A stretch of DNA of 64,000 bases, taken from the NCBI RefSeq assembly GCF_009834535.1, contig NC_045697.1:120840001-120904000 (forward strand), written 5' to 3'. Below, one piece after another: positions 1 to 12,747 of the stretch (position 1 is its first letter; each line of letters begins with the position of its first letter). A program made the position numbers and the translations under genes. This DNA is from Camelus ferus (taxonomy: Eukaryota). The notes below the pieces were generated by a model. That model was not told the DNA's origin. It ran no database searches and worked only from the letters and a program-made list of their open reading frames with translations.

Positions 1-3000
1 AAACTTTCAAAAAATGAGAAAATGCTTTTAAGTGTCAGTATGCCTTGTATGGTGGATGAAAGTACGGAAAACCATATGCTAATAACTCTGTAGTGAATAT
101 TTGTGGAATCTGAGATGCATGTAGCGTGTTCAGAACACGGAGATTCACGGTGAGTGACTCTATGTAAATTACAAGTCTATTGGGTAGAACTCGCTCCAAG
201 AGATTTTTGCAGTGAAATCTGCTGCATTTTGGAATCTGGCGATTGGAAATTTCAGAGAAATCAGAGAAAATGCTTCAAAGTGTCAGTATGCCTTTTACTG
301 TGATGAAAGTTCGGTAATCCACATGCAAACACATTTGTAGTGAATATGTGTCAAATCCATTATGCATGTAGCGTGTTCGAAAGACTTAATTTCACAGCAA
401 TGTATTCTATGTAAATTACATGCCTAGTGGGTAGAAATAGCTCCAACAGTTTTTTCCTTAGAAAAATACCTAATTTTCAAAACTGCTATTAGGAAATTGC
501 TGCGAACTCAGAGTTAATATTTCTAAATGCTAATATTTCTTGTGTGGTGGATGAAAGTTTTTAATGCACATGCTTACACTCACTAAAGAATGTTGTAGAA
601 TCTGTGATGCATGTAATGTATTCAGAACACGGAATGTCATGGTAACTGAAAGTATGTAAATTACAAGTCTATTGGATAGAACTCACTCCAAGAGGATTTT
701 TCTGTTAAAACTGTCTTATTTTCGAAACTGGCATTAAGAAATATCTGCAAATACTGAGTACATGCTTCTAGCTGTATATATACATTGTATGGTAGATGAA
801 AGTACATTAATCCACATGATAACAACTCAGCAATTAATATTTGACGAACTGCGGTGCATGAAGCATGTTCGGAGCACGGTATGTCACGGCGAGGAGATCT
901 ATGTAAATTACATGTCTATTGTTTAGAACATTCTACAAGAGTATTATCCTGCAAATGTTGCCTGATATTCTAAACTGCAGTTAGGAAAAAGCTGAAAAAT
1001 AAGAATAATATTTTCAAGGTTTATATATGCATTATATGGTGGATGAAAGTTCCGTAAATCACAGGCACACAAATGAGTAATGAATGTTTGTCAAATCCGT
1101 GATGAATTTAGCATGTTCACAACTCGGAAAGTCACTTTATGGGAAACAATTGAAATTGAAAATTCTAATGGGTAGATGTCACATGAAGAGATTTTTTCTG
1201 GGAAAACTGTATGATATTCGAGACACATTAGGAAAAATCTGTGAAATCAGAGTAAATATTTCTAGGTGTATTTATGCCTTGTATGGTGGATGAATTTTCT
1301 GTAATCCACATGCACACTACTTAGTAATGAATGTTTGTCAAACCGTGATGCATGTAGCATGTTCAGAAAATGGAAAGTCACTTTGAGGGAAAGTATTTAA
1401 ATTACAATTCTACTGGGTAGAACTCGCATGAAGAGGTTTTTTCTGCGAAAACTTCATGATTTTTGAAATTGATTTAGGAAAAACTGTGAAAGCAGAGTCA
1501 ATATTTCTAGGTGTAAATATACCTTGTATGGTGGTTGAAAGTTCAGAAATCCACATGCTCACAACTAAGTAATGAATGATTTCTAAGACCAATATGCATG
1601 TAACTTGTTATGAACACAGAATTTCATGGTAAGTGAAACATTGTAAATTTCATGTCTATTTGATAGAACACGATCGAAGAGATTTTTTATGTGAAAACTG
1701 GTTATATATCGCAAGTGGCATTAGGACAAACCTGCAAACGAGTAGAAACATTTCTAGGTGTAAATATGCCGTGTTTGGTGGTAGAAAGTATGGTAATCCA
1801 CATGTTCACAACTCATTAAAATATGTTTGTCGAATCCGTGATGCACGTATCATATACTGAACACAGAATATCATGGTGAAAAATCTTTGTAAATTACAAA
1901 TTTATTGGGTAGAACTCACTCCAAAATTATTTTTCTGTGAAATCTGCCTCATTTTCAAAACTGGCATAAGGAAAAGAGTTCGAAATCTGAGAAAATGTTT
2001 CTAAGTGCAATATGACTTTAATGGTGGATGAAAACTCAGTAATCCACATGCTAACAAGTCTGTAGTGAATTTTTTTCGATTCAGTGATGCATAGAGCTTT
2101 CTCAGAACACGGAATTTAACGGTGAGCGAATCTATGTAAATTACATCTCTATTGAGTAGAACTAGCTCCAACAGGATATTTCTGCATAAACTGCATGATA
2201 TTAGAAACTGACATTAGGAGATATCTACTAAATCTGAAAAAGTATTTCTACGTGTAAATATGCCTTCTTTGGTGGATGAAAATTCGTTAATACTAATGTT
2301 CACAACTCATTAAAGAGTGTTTGTCGAATCAGTGATGCAGGGAGCATGTTTGGAACACGGAAATCCTCGATGAGCGGAAGCATTTAAATTTCATGTCCAT
2401 TGGGTAGAACTCGCTCCACAAGCATTTTACTGCAAAATCTGCCTCACTTTCAAAACTGGCAGTAGGAAACATATTCGAAATCTGAGAAAAAGCTTCTAAG
2501 TGTCAATATGACTTGTATGTGGATGAAAGATCAGAAATGCACATGCTAAAAAATCTGTAGTGAATACTTGTCGAAACCTTGATGTATGCAACTTTGTAAG
2601 AACACAGATTTTGACGGTGAGCGAATCTATGTAAATTACATGTCTATTGTTGAGAACTCTCTCCAAGAATATTTTTCTGTGAAAACTGCCTCATTTTCGA
2701 AACTGGCTTTAGGTAAAACTTTCAAAAAATGAGAAAATGCTTGTAAGTGTCAGTATGCCTTGTGTGGTGGATGAAAGTACGGAAAACCATATGCTAATAA
2801 CTCTGTAGTGAATATTCGTGGAATCTGAGATGCATGTAGCGTGTTCAGAACACGGAGATTCACGGTTAGTGAATCTATATAAATTACAAATCTATTGGGT
2901 AGAACTCGCTCCAAGAGTATTTTTCTGGGAAAAATGTCTTATTTTCGAAACTGGCATTAAGAAATATCTGCAAATATTTGGTACATGCTTCTAGCAGTAT

Positions 3001-6000
3001 ATATACATTGTATGGTTGATGAAAGTACATTAATCCACATGCTAACAACTCAGCAATTAATATTTGTCGAACTGCGCTGCATGAAGCATGTTCGGAGCAC
3101 GGTATGTCACCGCGAGTAGGTCTATGTAAATTACATGTCTATTGTTTAGAACACTCTACAAGAGAATTATCCTGCAAAAGTTGCCTGATATTCTAAACTG
3201 CAGTTAGGAAAATGCTGCAAAATCAGAATAATATTTTCAAGGTGTATATATGCATTATATGGTGGACGAAAGTTTCATAATTCACAGGCACACAACTGAG
3301 TAATGAATGCTTGTCAAATCCGTGATGAATTTAGCATACTCTCCCCACGGAAAGTCACTTTGTGGGAAATAATTGAAATTGCAATTCCAATGGGTAGAAC
3401 TCACATGCAGAGATTTTTTCTGGGAAAACTGTATGATTTTCGAGACTGAAGTTACGAAATATCTGTGAAATCAGAGTAAATATTTCTAGGTGTATTTATG
3501 CCTTGTATGGTGGATGAAAGTTCTGTAATCCACATGCACACAACTGAGTAATGAATGTTTGTCAAATCCGTAATGCATGTAGCATGTTCAGAAAATGGAA
3601 AATTCACTTTGAGGGAAACTATTTAAATTAAAATTCTACTGGGTAGAACTCGCATGAAGAGGTTTTTTCTGCGAAATCTTCATGATTTTTGAAATTGATT
3701 TAGGAAAACTGTGAAAGCAGAGTCAAATTTCTAGGTGTAAATATACCTTGTATGGTGGTTGAAAGTTCAGAAATCCACATGCTCACAACTAAGTAATGAA
3801 TGATTTCTAAATCCAATATGCATGTAGCGTGTTATAAACACCGAATGTCATGATAAGTGAAACATAGTAAATTTCATGTCTATTGCATAGAACACGATCG
3901 AAGAAAATTTTTCTGTGAAAACTGCCTGTATTTCGCAAGTGGCATTAGGACAAAACTGCAAACGAGGAGAAACATTCCTAGGTGTAAATATGCCGTGTTT
4001 GGTGGATGAAAGTTTGGTAATCCACATGTTCACAACTCGTTAAAAAATGTTTGTTGAATCCGTGATGCACGTATCATATTCAGAACACAGAATATCATGG
4101 TGAAAGAAACATTGTAAATTACATATTTATTGGGTAGAACTCACTCCAAAAGTATTTTTCTGTGAAATCTGCCTCATTTTCAAAACTGGCATAAGGAAAA
4201 GAGTTCGAAATCTGAGAAAATGTTTCTAAGTGCAATATGACTTTAATGGTGGATGAAAACTCAGTAATCCACATGCTAACAAGTCTGTAGTGAATTTTGT
4301 CGATTCAGTGATGCATACAGCTTTCTCAGAACACGGAATTTAACGGTGAGCGAATCTATGTAAATTACATCTCTATTGAGTCGAACTCACTCCAAGAGGA
4401 TTTTTCTGCATAAACTGCATGATTTTAGAAACTGACATTAGGAGATATCTACTAAATCTGAAAGTCTTTCTACGTGTAAATATGTCTTGTTTGGTGGATG
4501 AAAATTCGGTAATACTAATGTTCACAACTAATTAAAGAGTGTTTGTCGAATCCGTGATGCATGTAGCGTGTTAGGAACACGGAATTTCTTGATGAGCGGA
4601 AGCATTTAAATTTCATGTCCATTGGGTAGAACTCGCTCAACAAGCATTTTTCTGCAAAATTTGCCTCACTTTCAAAACTGGCAGTAGGAAATATATTCGA
4701 AATCTGAGAAAATGCTTCTACGTGTCAATATGACTTGTATGTGGATGAAAGATCAGAAATGCACATGCTAAGAAATCTGTAGTGAATACTTTTCGAAACC
4801 TTGATGCATGCATCTTTGTCAGAACACAGATGTTGACAGTGAGCGAATCTATGTAAATTACATGTCTATTGTGTAGAACTCTCCCCAAGAATATTTTTCT
4901 GTGAAAACTGCCTCATTTTCGAAACAGGCTTTAGGTAAAATTTCAAAAAATGAGAAAATGCTTTAAGTGTCATTATGCCTTGTATGTTGGATGAAAGTTC
5001 GGTAAACCATATGCTAATAACTCTGTAGTGAATATTTGTGGAATCTGAGATTCATGTAGCGTGTTCATAACACGGAGATTCACGGTGAGTGACTCTATGT
5101 AAATTACAAGTCTATTGGGTAGAACTCGCTCCAAGAGATTTTTGCAGTGAAATCTGCTGCATTTTGGAATCTGGCGATTGGAAATTTCAGTGAAATCAGA
5201 GAAAATGCTTCAAAGTGTCAGTATGCCTTTTACTGTGATGAAAGTTCGGTAATCCACATGCAAACACATTTGTAGTGAATATGTGTCAAATCCGTTATGC
5301 ATGTAGTGTGTTCGAAAGACTTAATTTCACAGCAATGTATTCTATGTAAATTACATGCCTAGTGGGTAGAAATCGCTCCAACAGTTTTTTCCTTAGAAAA
5401 ATGCCTAATTTTCAAAACTGCTATTAGGAAATTGCTGCGAATTCAGAGTTAATGTTTCTAAGTGCTAATATGTCTTGTGTGGTGGATGAAAGTTTTTAAT
5501 GCACATGCTTACACTCACTAAAGAATGTTGTAGAATCTGTGATGCATGTAATGTATTCAGAACACGGAATTTTATGGTAACTGAAAGTATGTAAATTACA
5601 AATCTATTGGATAGAACTCACTCCAAGAAGATTTTTCTGTTAAAACTGTCTTATTTTCGAAACTGGCATTAAGAAATATCTGCAAATACTGAGTACATGC
5701 TTCTAGCTGTATATATATATTGTCTGGTAGATGAAAGTACATTAATCCACATGATAACAACTCAGCAATTAATATTTGTCGAACTGCGGTGCATGAAGCA
5801 TGTTCGGAGCACGGTATGTCACGGCGAGGAGATCTATGTAAATTACATGTCTATTGTTTAGAACATTCTACAAGAGTATTATCCTGCAAATGTTGCCTGA
5901 TATTCTAAACTGCAGTTAGGAAAAAGCTGAAAAATAAGAATAATATTTTCAAGGTTTATATATGCATTATATGGTGGATGAAAGTTCCGTAAATCACAGG

Positions 6001-9000
6001 CACACAACTGAGTAATGAATGTTTGTCAAATCCGTGATGAATTTAGCATGTTCACAACTCGGAAAGTCACTTTATGGGAAACAATTGAAATTGAAAATTC
6101 TAATGGGTAGATGTCACATGAAGAGATTTTTTCTGGGAAAACTGTATGATTTTCGAGACTGACGTTAGGAAAAATCTGTGAAATCAGAGTAAATATTTCT
6201 AGGTGTATTTATGCCTTGTATGGTGGATGAATGTTCTGTAATCCACATGCACACTACTTAGTAATGAATGTTTGTCAAACCGTGATGCATGTAGCATGTT
6301 CAGAAAATGGAAAGTCACTTTGAGGGAAACTATTTAAATTACAATTCTACTGGGTAGAACTCGCATGAAGACGTTTTTTCTGGCGAAAACTTCATGATTT
6401 TTAAACTGAGTTAGGAAAAACTGTGAAAGCAGAGTAAATATTTCTAGGTGTAAATATACCTTGTATGGTGGTTGAAAGTTCAGAAATCCACATGCTCACA
6501 ACTAAGTAATGAATGATTTCTAAATCCAATATGCATGTACGTGTTATGAACACAGAATGTCATGGTAAGTGAAACATTGTAAATTTCATGTCTATTTGAT
6601 AGAACACGATCGAAGAGATTTTTATGTGAAAACTGGCTTATATATCGCAAGTGGCATTAGGACAAAACCTGCAAACGAGTAGAAACATTTCTAGGTGTAA
6701 ATATGCCGTGTTTGGTGGTAGAAAGTATGGTAATCCACATGTTCACAACTCATTAAAATATGTTTGTCGAATCCGTGATGCACGTATCATATACTGAACA
6801 CAGAATATCATGGTGAAAAATCTTTGTAAATTACAAATTTATTGGGTAGAACTCACTCCAAAGTATTTTTCTGTGAAATCTGCCTCATTTTCAAACTGGC
6901 ATAAGGAAAAGATGTTCGAAATCTGAGAAAATGTTTCTAAGTGCAATATGACTTTAATGGTGGATGAAAACTCAGTAATCCACATGCTAACAAGTCTGTA
7001 GTGAATTTTTTCGATTCAGTGATGCATAGAGCTTTCTCAGAACACGGAATTTAACGGTGAGCGAATCTATGTAAATTACATCTCTATTGAGTAGAACTAG
7101 CTCCAAGAGGATATTTCTGCATAAACTGCATGATATTAGAAACTGACATTAGGAGATATCTACTAAATCTGAAAAGTATTTCTACGTGTAAATATGCCTT
7201 GTTTGGTGGATGAAAATTCGGTAATACTAATGTTCACAACTCATTAAAGAGTGTTTGTCGAATCAGTGATGCAGGGAGCATGTTTGGAACACGGAAATTC
7301 CTCGATGAGCGGAAGCATTTAATTTCATGTCCATTGGGTAGAACTCGCTCCACAAGCATTTTACTGCTAAATCTGCCTCACTTTCAAAACTGGCAGTAGG
7401 AAACATATTCGAAATCTGAGAAAAAGCTTCTAAGTGTCAATATGACTTGTATGTGGATGAAAGATCAGAAATGCACATGCTAAAAATCTGTAGTGAATAC
7501 TTTTCGAAACCTTGATGCATGCAATCTTTGTCAGAACACAGATTTTGACGGTGAGCGAATCTATGTAAATTACATGTCTATTGTTGAGAACTCTCTCCAA
7601 GAATATTTTTCTGTGAAAACTGCCTCATTTTCGAAACTGGCTTTAGGTAAAAACTTTCAAAAATGAGAAAATGCTTGTAAGTGTCAGTATGCCTTGTATG
7701 GTGGATGAAAGTACGGAAAACCATATGCTAATAACTCTGTAGTGAATATTTGTGGAATCTGAGATGCATGTAGCGTGTTCAGAACACGGAGATTCACGGT
7801 GAGTGAATCTATATAAATTACAAATCTATTGGGAGAACTCGATCCAAGAGTATTTTTCTGGGAAAAATGTCTTATTTCGAAACTGGCATTAAGAAATATC
7901 TGCAAATATTTAGTACATGCTTCTAGCAGTATATATACATTGTATGGTTGATGAAAGTACATTAATCCACATGCTAACAACTCAGCAATAATATTTGTCG
8001 AACTGCGCTGCATGAAGCATGTTCGGAGCACGGTATGTCACCGCGAGTAGGTCTATGTAAATTACATGTCTATTGTTTAGAACACTCTACAAGAGAATTA
8101 TCCTGCAAAAGTTGCCTGAATTCTAAACTGCAGTTAGGAAAAAGCTGCAAAATCAGAATAATATTTCAAGGTGTATATATGCATTATATGGTGGACGAAA
8201 GTTTCATAATTCACAGGCACACAACTGAGTAATGAATGCTTGTCAAATCCGTGATGAATTTAGCATGCTCTCACCACGGAAAGTCACTTTATGGGAAACA
8301 ATTGAAATTGAAAATTCTAATGGGTAGATGTCACATGAAGAGATTTTTTCTGGGAAAACTGTATGATTTTCGAGACTGACGTTAGGAAAATCTGTGAAAT
8401 CAGAGTAAATATTTCTAGGTGTATTTATGCCTTGTATGGTGGAGGAATGTTCTGTAATCCACATGCACACTACTTAGTAATGATGTTTGTCAAACCGTGA
8501 TGCATGTAGCATGTTTCAGAAAATGGAAAGTCACTTTGAGGAAACTATTTAAATTACAATTCTACTGGGTAGAACTCGCATGAAGAGGTTTTTTCTGCCA
8601 AAACTTCATGATTTTTAAACTGAAGTTAGGAAAATCTGTGAAAGCAGAGTCAATATTTCTAGGTGTAAATATACCTTGTATGGTGGTTGAAAGTTCAGAA
8701 ATCCACATGCCTCACAACTAAGTAATGAATGATTTCTAAACCAATATGCATGTAACGTGTTATGAACACAGAATTCATGGTAAGTGGAAACCATTAGTAA
8801 ATTTTCATGTCTATTTGATAGAACACGATCGAAGAGATTTTTTATGTGGAAAACTGGTTTATATATCGCAAGTGGCTTTAGGACAAACCTGCAAACGAGT
8901 AGAAACATTTCTAGATGTAAATATGCCGTGTTTGGTGGTAGAAAGTATGGTAATCCACATGTTCACAACTCATTAAAATATGTTTGTCGAATCCGTGATG

Positions 9001-12000
9001 CACGTATCATATACTGAACACAGAATATCATGGTGAAAAATCTTTGTAAATTACAAATTTATTGGGTAGAACTCACTCCAAAAGTATTTTTCTGTGAATC
9101 TGCTCATTTTCAAAACTGGCATAAGGAAAAGAGTTCGAAATCTGAGAAAATGTGTCTAAGTGCAATATGACTTTAATGGTGGATGAAAACTCAGTAATCC
9201 ACATGCTAACCAAGTCTGTAGTGACTTTTTTCGATTCAGTGATGCATAGAGCTTTCTCAGAACACGGAATTTAACGGTGAGCGAATCTATGTAATTACAA
9301 CTCTATTGAGTAGAACTAGATCCAACAGGATATTTCTGCATAAACTGCATGATATTAGAAACTGACATTAGGAGATATCTACTAATCTGAAAAAGTATTT
9401 CTACGTGTAAATATGCCTTGTTTGGTGATGAAAATTCGGTAATACTAATGTTCACAACTCATTAAGAGTGTTTGTCGAATCAGTGATGCAGGGAGCATGT
9501 TTGGAACACGAAATCCTCGATGAGCGGAAGCATTTAAATTTCATGTCCATTGGGTAGAACTCGCTCCACAAGCATTTTACTGCAAAATCTGCCTCACTTT
9601 TCAAAACTGGCAGTAGGAAACATATTCGAAATCTGAGAAAAAGCTTCTAGTGTCAATATGACTTGTATGTGGATGAAAGATCAGAAATGCACATGCTAAG
9701 AAATCTGTAGTGAATACTTGTCGAAACCTTGATGCATGCATCTTGTCAGAACACAGATGTTGACAGTGAGCGAATCTATGTAAATTACATGTCTATTGTG
9801 TAGAACTCTCCCCAAGAATATTTTTCTGTGAAAACTGCCTCATTTTCGAAAACTGGCTTAGGTAAAATTTCAAAAAATGAGAAAATGCTTTAAGTGTCAT
9901 TATGCCTTGTATGTTGGATGAAAGTTCGGTAAACCATATGCTAATAATCTGTAGTGAATATTTGTGGAATCTGAGATCATGTAGCGTGTTCATAACACGG
10001 AGATTCAGGGGAGTGACTCTATGTAAATTACAAGTCTATTGGGTAGAACTCGCTCCAAGAGATTTTTGCAGTGAAATCTGCTGCATTTTGGAATCTGGCG
10101 ATTGGAAATTCAGTGAAATCAGGAGAAAATGCTTCAAAGTGTCAGTATGCCTTTTTACTGTGATGAAAGTCGGTAATCCACATGCAAACACATTTGTAGT
10201 GAATATGTGTCAAATCCGTTATGCATGTAGCGTGTTCGAAAGACTTAATTTCACAGCAATGATTCTATGTAAATTACATGCCTAGTGGGTAGAAATCGCT
10301 CCAACAGTTTTTTTCCTTAGAAAAATGCCTAATTTTCAAAACTGCTATTAGGAAATTGCTGCGAATCAGAGTTAAGTTTCTAAGTGCTAATATGTCTTGT
10401 GGTGGATGAAATTTTAATGCACATGCTTCACTCATGAAAGAAGTGTTGTAGAATCTGTGATGCATGTAATGTATTCGGAACACGGAACGTCACGGTAACT
10501 AAGTATTTAAATTACAAGTCTATTGGATAGAACTCACTCCAAGAGTATTTTTCTGTGAAAAATGTCTTATTTTCGAAACTGGCATTAAGAAATATCTGCA
10601 AATTTAGTACATGCTTCTAGCTGTATAATATACATGTATGGTAGATGAAAGTACATTAATCCACATGCTAACAACTCAGCAATTAATATTTGTCGAAATG
10701 CGGTGCATGAAGCATGTTCGGAGGACGGTATGTCACGGCGAGGAGATCTATGTAAATTACATGTCTATTGTTTAGAACATTCTACAAGAGTATTATCCTG
10801 CAAATGTTGCCTGATATTCTAAACTGCAGTTAGGAAAAAGCTGAAAAATAAGAATAATATTTTCAAGGTTTATATATGCATTATATGGTGGATGAAAGTT
10901 CCGTAAATCACAGGCACACAAATGAGTAATGAATGTTTGTCAAATCCGTGATGAATTTAGCATGTTCACAACTCGGAAAGTCACTTTATGGGAAAAAATT
11001 GAAATTGAAAATTCTAATGGGTAGATGTCACATGAAGAGATTTTTTCTGGGAAAACTATGATTTTCGAGACTGACGTTAGGAAAAATCTGTGAAATCAGA
11101 GTAAATATTTCTAGGTTTATTTATGCCTTGTATGGTGGATGAATGTTCTGTAATCCACATGCACACTACTTAGTAATGAATGTTTGTCAAACCGTGATGC
11201 ATGTAGCATGTTCAGAAAATGGAAAGTCACTTTGAGGGAAACTATTTAAATTACAATTCTACTGGGTAGAACTCGCATGAAGACGTTTTTTCTGTGAAAA
11301 CTTCATGATTTTTAAACTGAAGTTAGGAAAAACTGTGAAAGCAGAGTAAATATTTCTAGGTGTAAATATACCTTGTATGGTGGTTGAAAGTTCAGAAATC
11401 CACATGCTCACAACTAAGTAATGAATGATTTCTAAATCCAATATGCATGTAACGTGTTATGAACACAGAATTTCATGGTAAGTGAAACATTGTAAATTTC
11501 ATGTCTATTTGATAGAACATGATCGAAGAGATTTTTTATGTGAAAACTGGTTATATACCGCAAGTGGCATTAGGACAAACCTGCAAACGAGTAGAAACAT
11601 TTCTAGGTGTAAATATGCCGTGTTTGGTGGTAGAAAGTATGGTAATCCACATGTTCACAACTCATTAAAATATGTTTGTCGAATCCGTGATGCACGTTTC
11701 ATATACGGAACACAGAATATCATGGTGAAAAATCTTTGTAAATTACAAATTTATTGGGTAGAACTCACTCCAAAGGTATTTTTCTGTGAAATCTGCCTCA
11801 TTTTCAAAACTGGCATAAGGAAAAGAGTTCGAAATCTGAGAAAATGTTTCTAAGTGCAATATGACTTTAATGGTGGATGAAAACTCAGTAATCCACATGC
11901 TAACAAGTCTGTAGTGAATTTTTTTCGATTCAGTGATGCATAGAGCTTTCTCAGAACACGGAATTTAACGGTCAGCGAATCTATGTAAATTACATCTCTA

Positions 12001-12647
12001 TTGAGTAGAACTAGCTCCAAGAGGATATTTCTGCATAAACTGCATGATATTAGAAACTGACATTAGGAGATATCTACTAAATCTGAAAAAGTATTTCTAC
12101 GTGTAAATATGCCTTCTTTGGTGGATGAAAATTCGGTAATACTAATGTTCACAACTCATTAAAGAGTGTTTGTCGAAACAGTGATGCAGGGAGCATGTTT
12201 GGAACACGGAAATCCTCGATGAGCGGAAGCATTTAACTTTCATGTCCATTGGGTAGAACTCGCTCCACAAGCATTTTACTGCAAAATCTGCCTCACTTTC
12301 AAAACTGGCAGTAGGAAACATATTCGAAATCTGAGAAAAAGCTTCTAAGTGTCAATATGACTTGTATGTGGATGAAAGATCAGAAATGCACATGCTAACA
12401 AATCTGTAGTGAATAGTTGTCGAAACCTTGATGCATGCATCTTTGTCAGAACACAGATTTTGACGGTGAGCGAATCTATGTAAATTACATGTCTATGTGG
12501 AGAACTCTCTCCAAGAATATTTTTCTGTGAAAACTGCCTCATTTTCGAAACTGGCTTTAGGTAAAACTTTCAAAAAATGAGAAAATGCTTGTAAGTGTCA
12601 GTATGCCTTGTATGGTGGATGAAAGTACGGAAAACCATATGCTAATA
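1..12647 (+). repeat. Sat-A AT-rich satellite (~247-bp monomer), HOR family 1: alternating 11-mer (~2.71 kb) and 9-mer (~2.22 kb), ~51 monomers
   Basis: The anchor GATGAAAG recurs at 55, 302, 550, 795, 1042 and onward (245-248 bp spacing). The diagnostic monomer AAACCATATGCTAATAAC recurs with anchors at 55, 2770, 4990, 7704, 9917 and 12618 (spacings 2715, 2220, 2714, 2213, 2701). Adjacent monomers are visibly divergent; same-position monomers in different HOR copies are nearly identical. Confidence 0.96.
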
Positions 12648-12747
12648 NNNNNNNNNNNNNNNNNNNNNNNNNNNNNNNNNNNNNNNNNNNNNNNNNNNNN
12701 NNNNNNNNNNNNNNNNNNNNNNNNNNNNNNNNNNNNNNNNNNNNNNN
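12648..12747. other. Assembly gap (100 N, unknown-size convention)
   Basis: Exactly 100 consecutive N; the HOR family changes across it. Confidence 0.99.

Noticed and set aside
1190..1210. STAT-like TTCN3GAA in Sat-A and kappaB-like GGGGAATTCC in some Sat-B monomers as regulatory sites
   Set aside because: Short motifs expected by chance, absent from many monomer classes, and with no gene context; noted only as part of the dyad pattern.
1098..1330. Tandem C/D-box snoRNA cluster (GTGATGA and CTGA words)
   Set aside because: The C-box word is present in only a few monomer variants, with no consistent D box or terminal stem.
8400..10600. Dense 1-bp indels here and at contig ends (12748-13050, 37600-38056, 52740-53151, 53252-54100) as accelerated divergence
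   Set aside because: They are mostly homopolymer-length and single-base losses near low-coverage ends, typical of noisy long-read consensus error.
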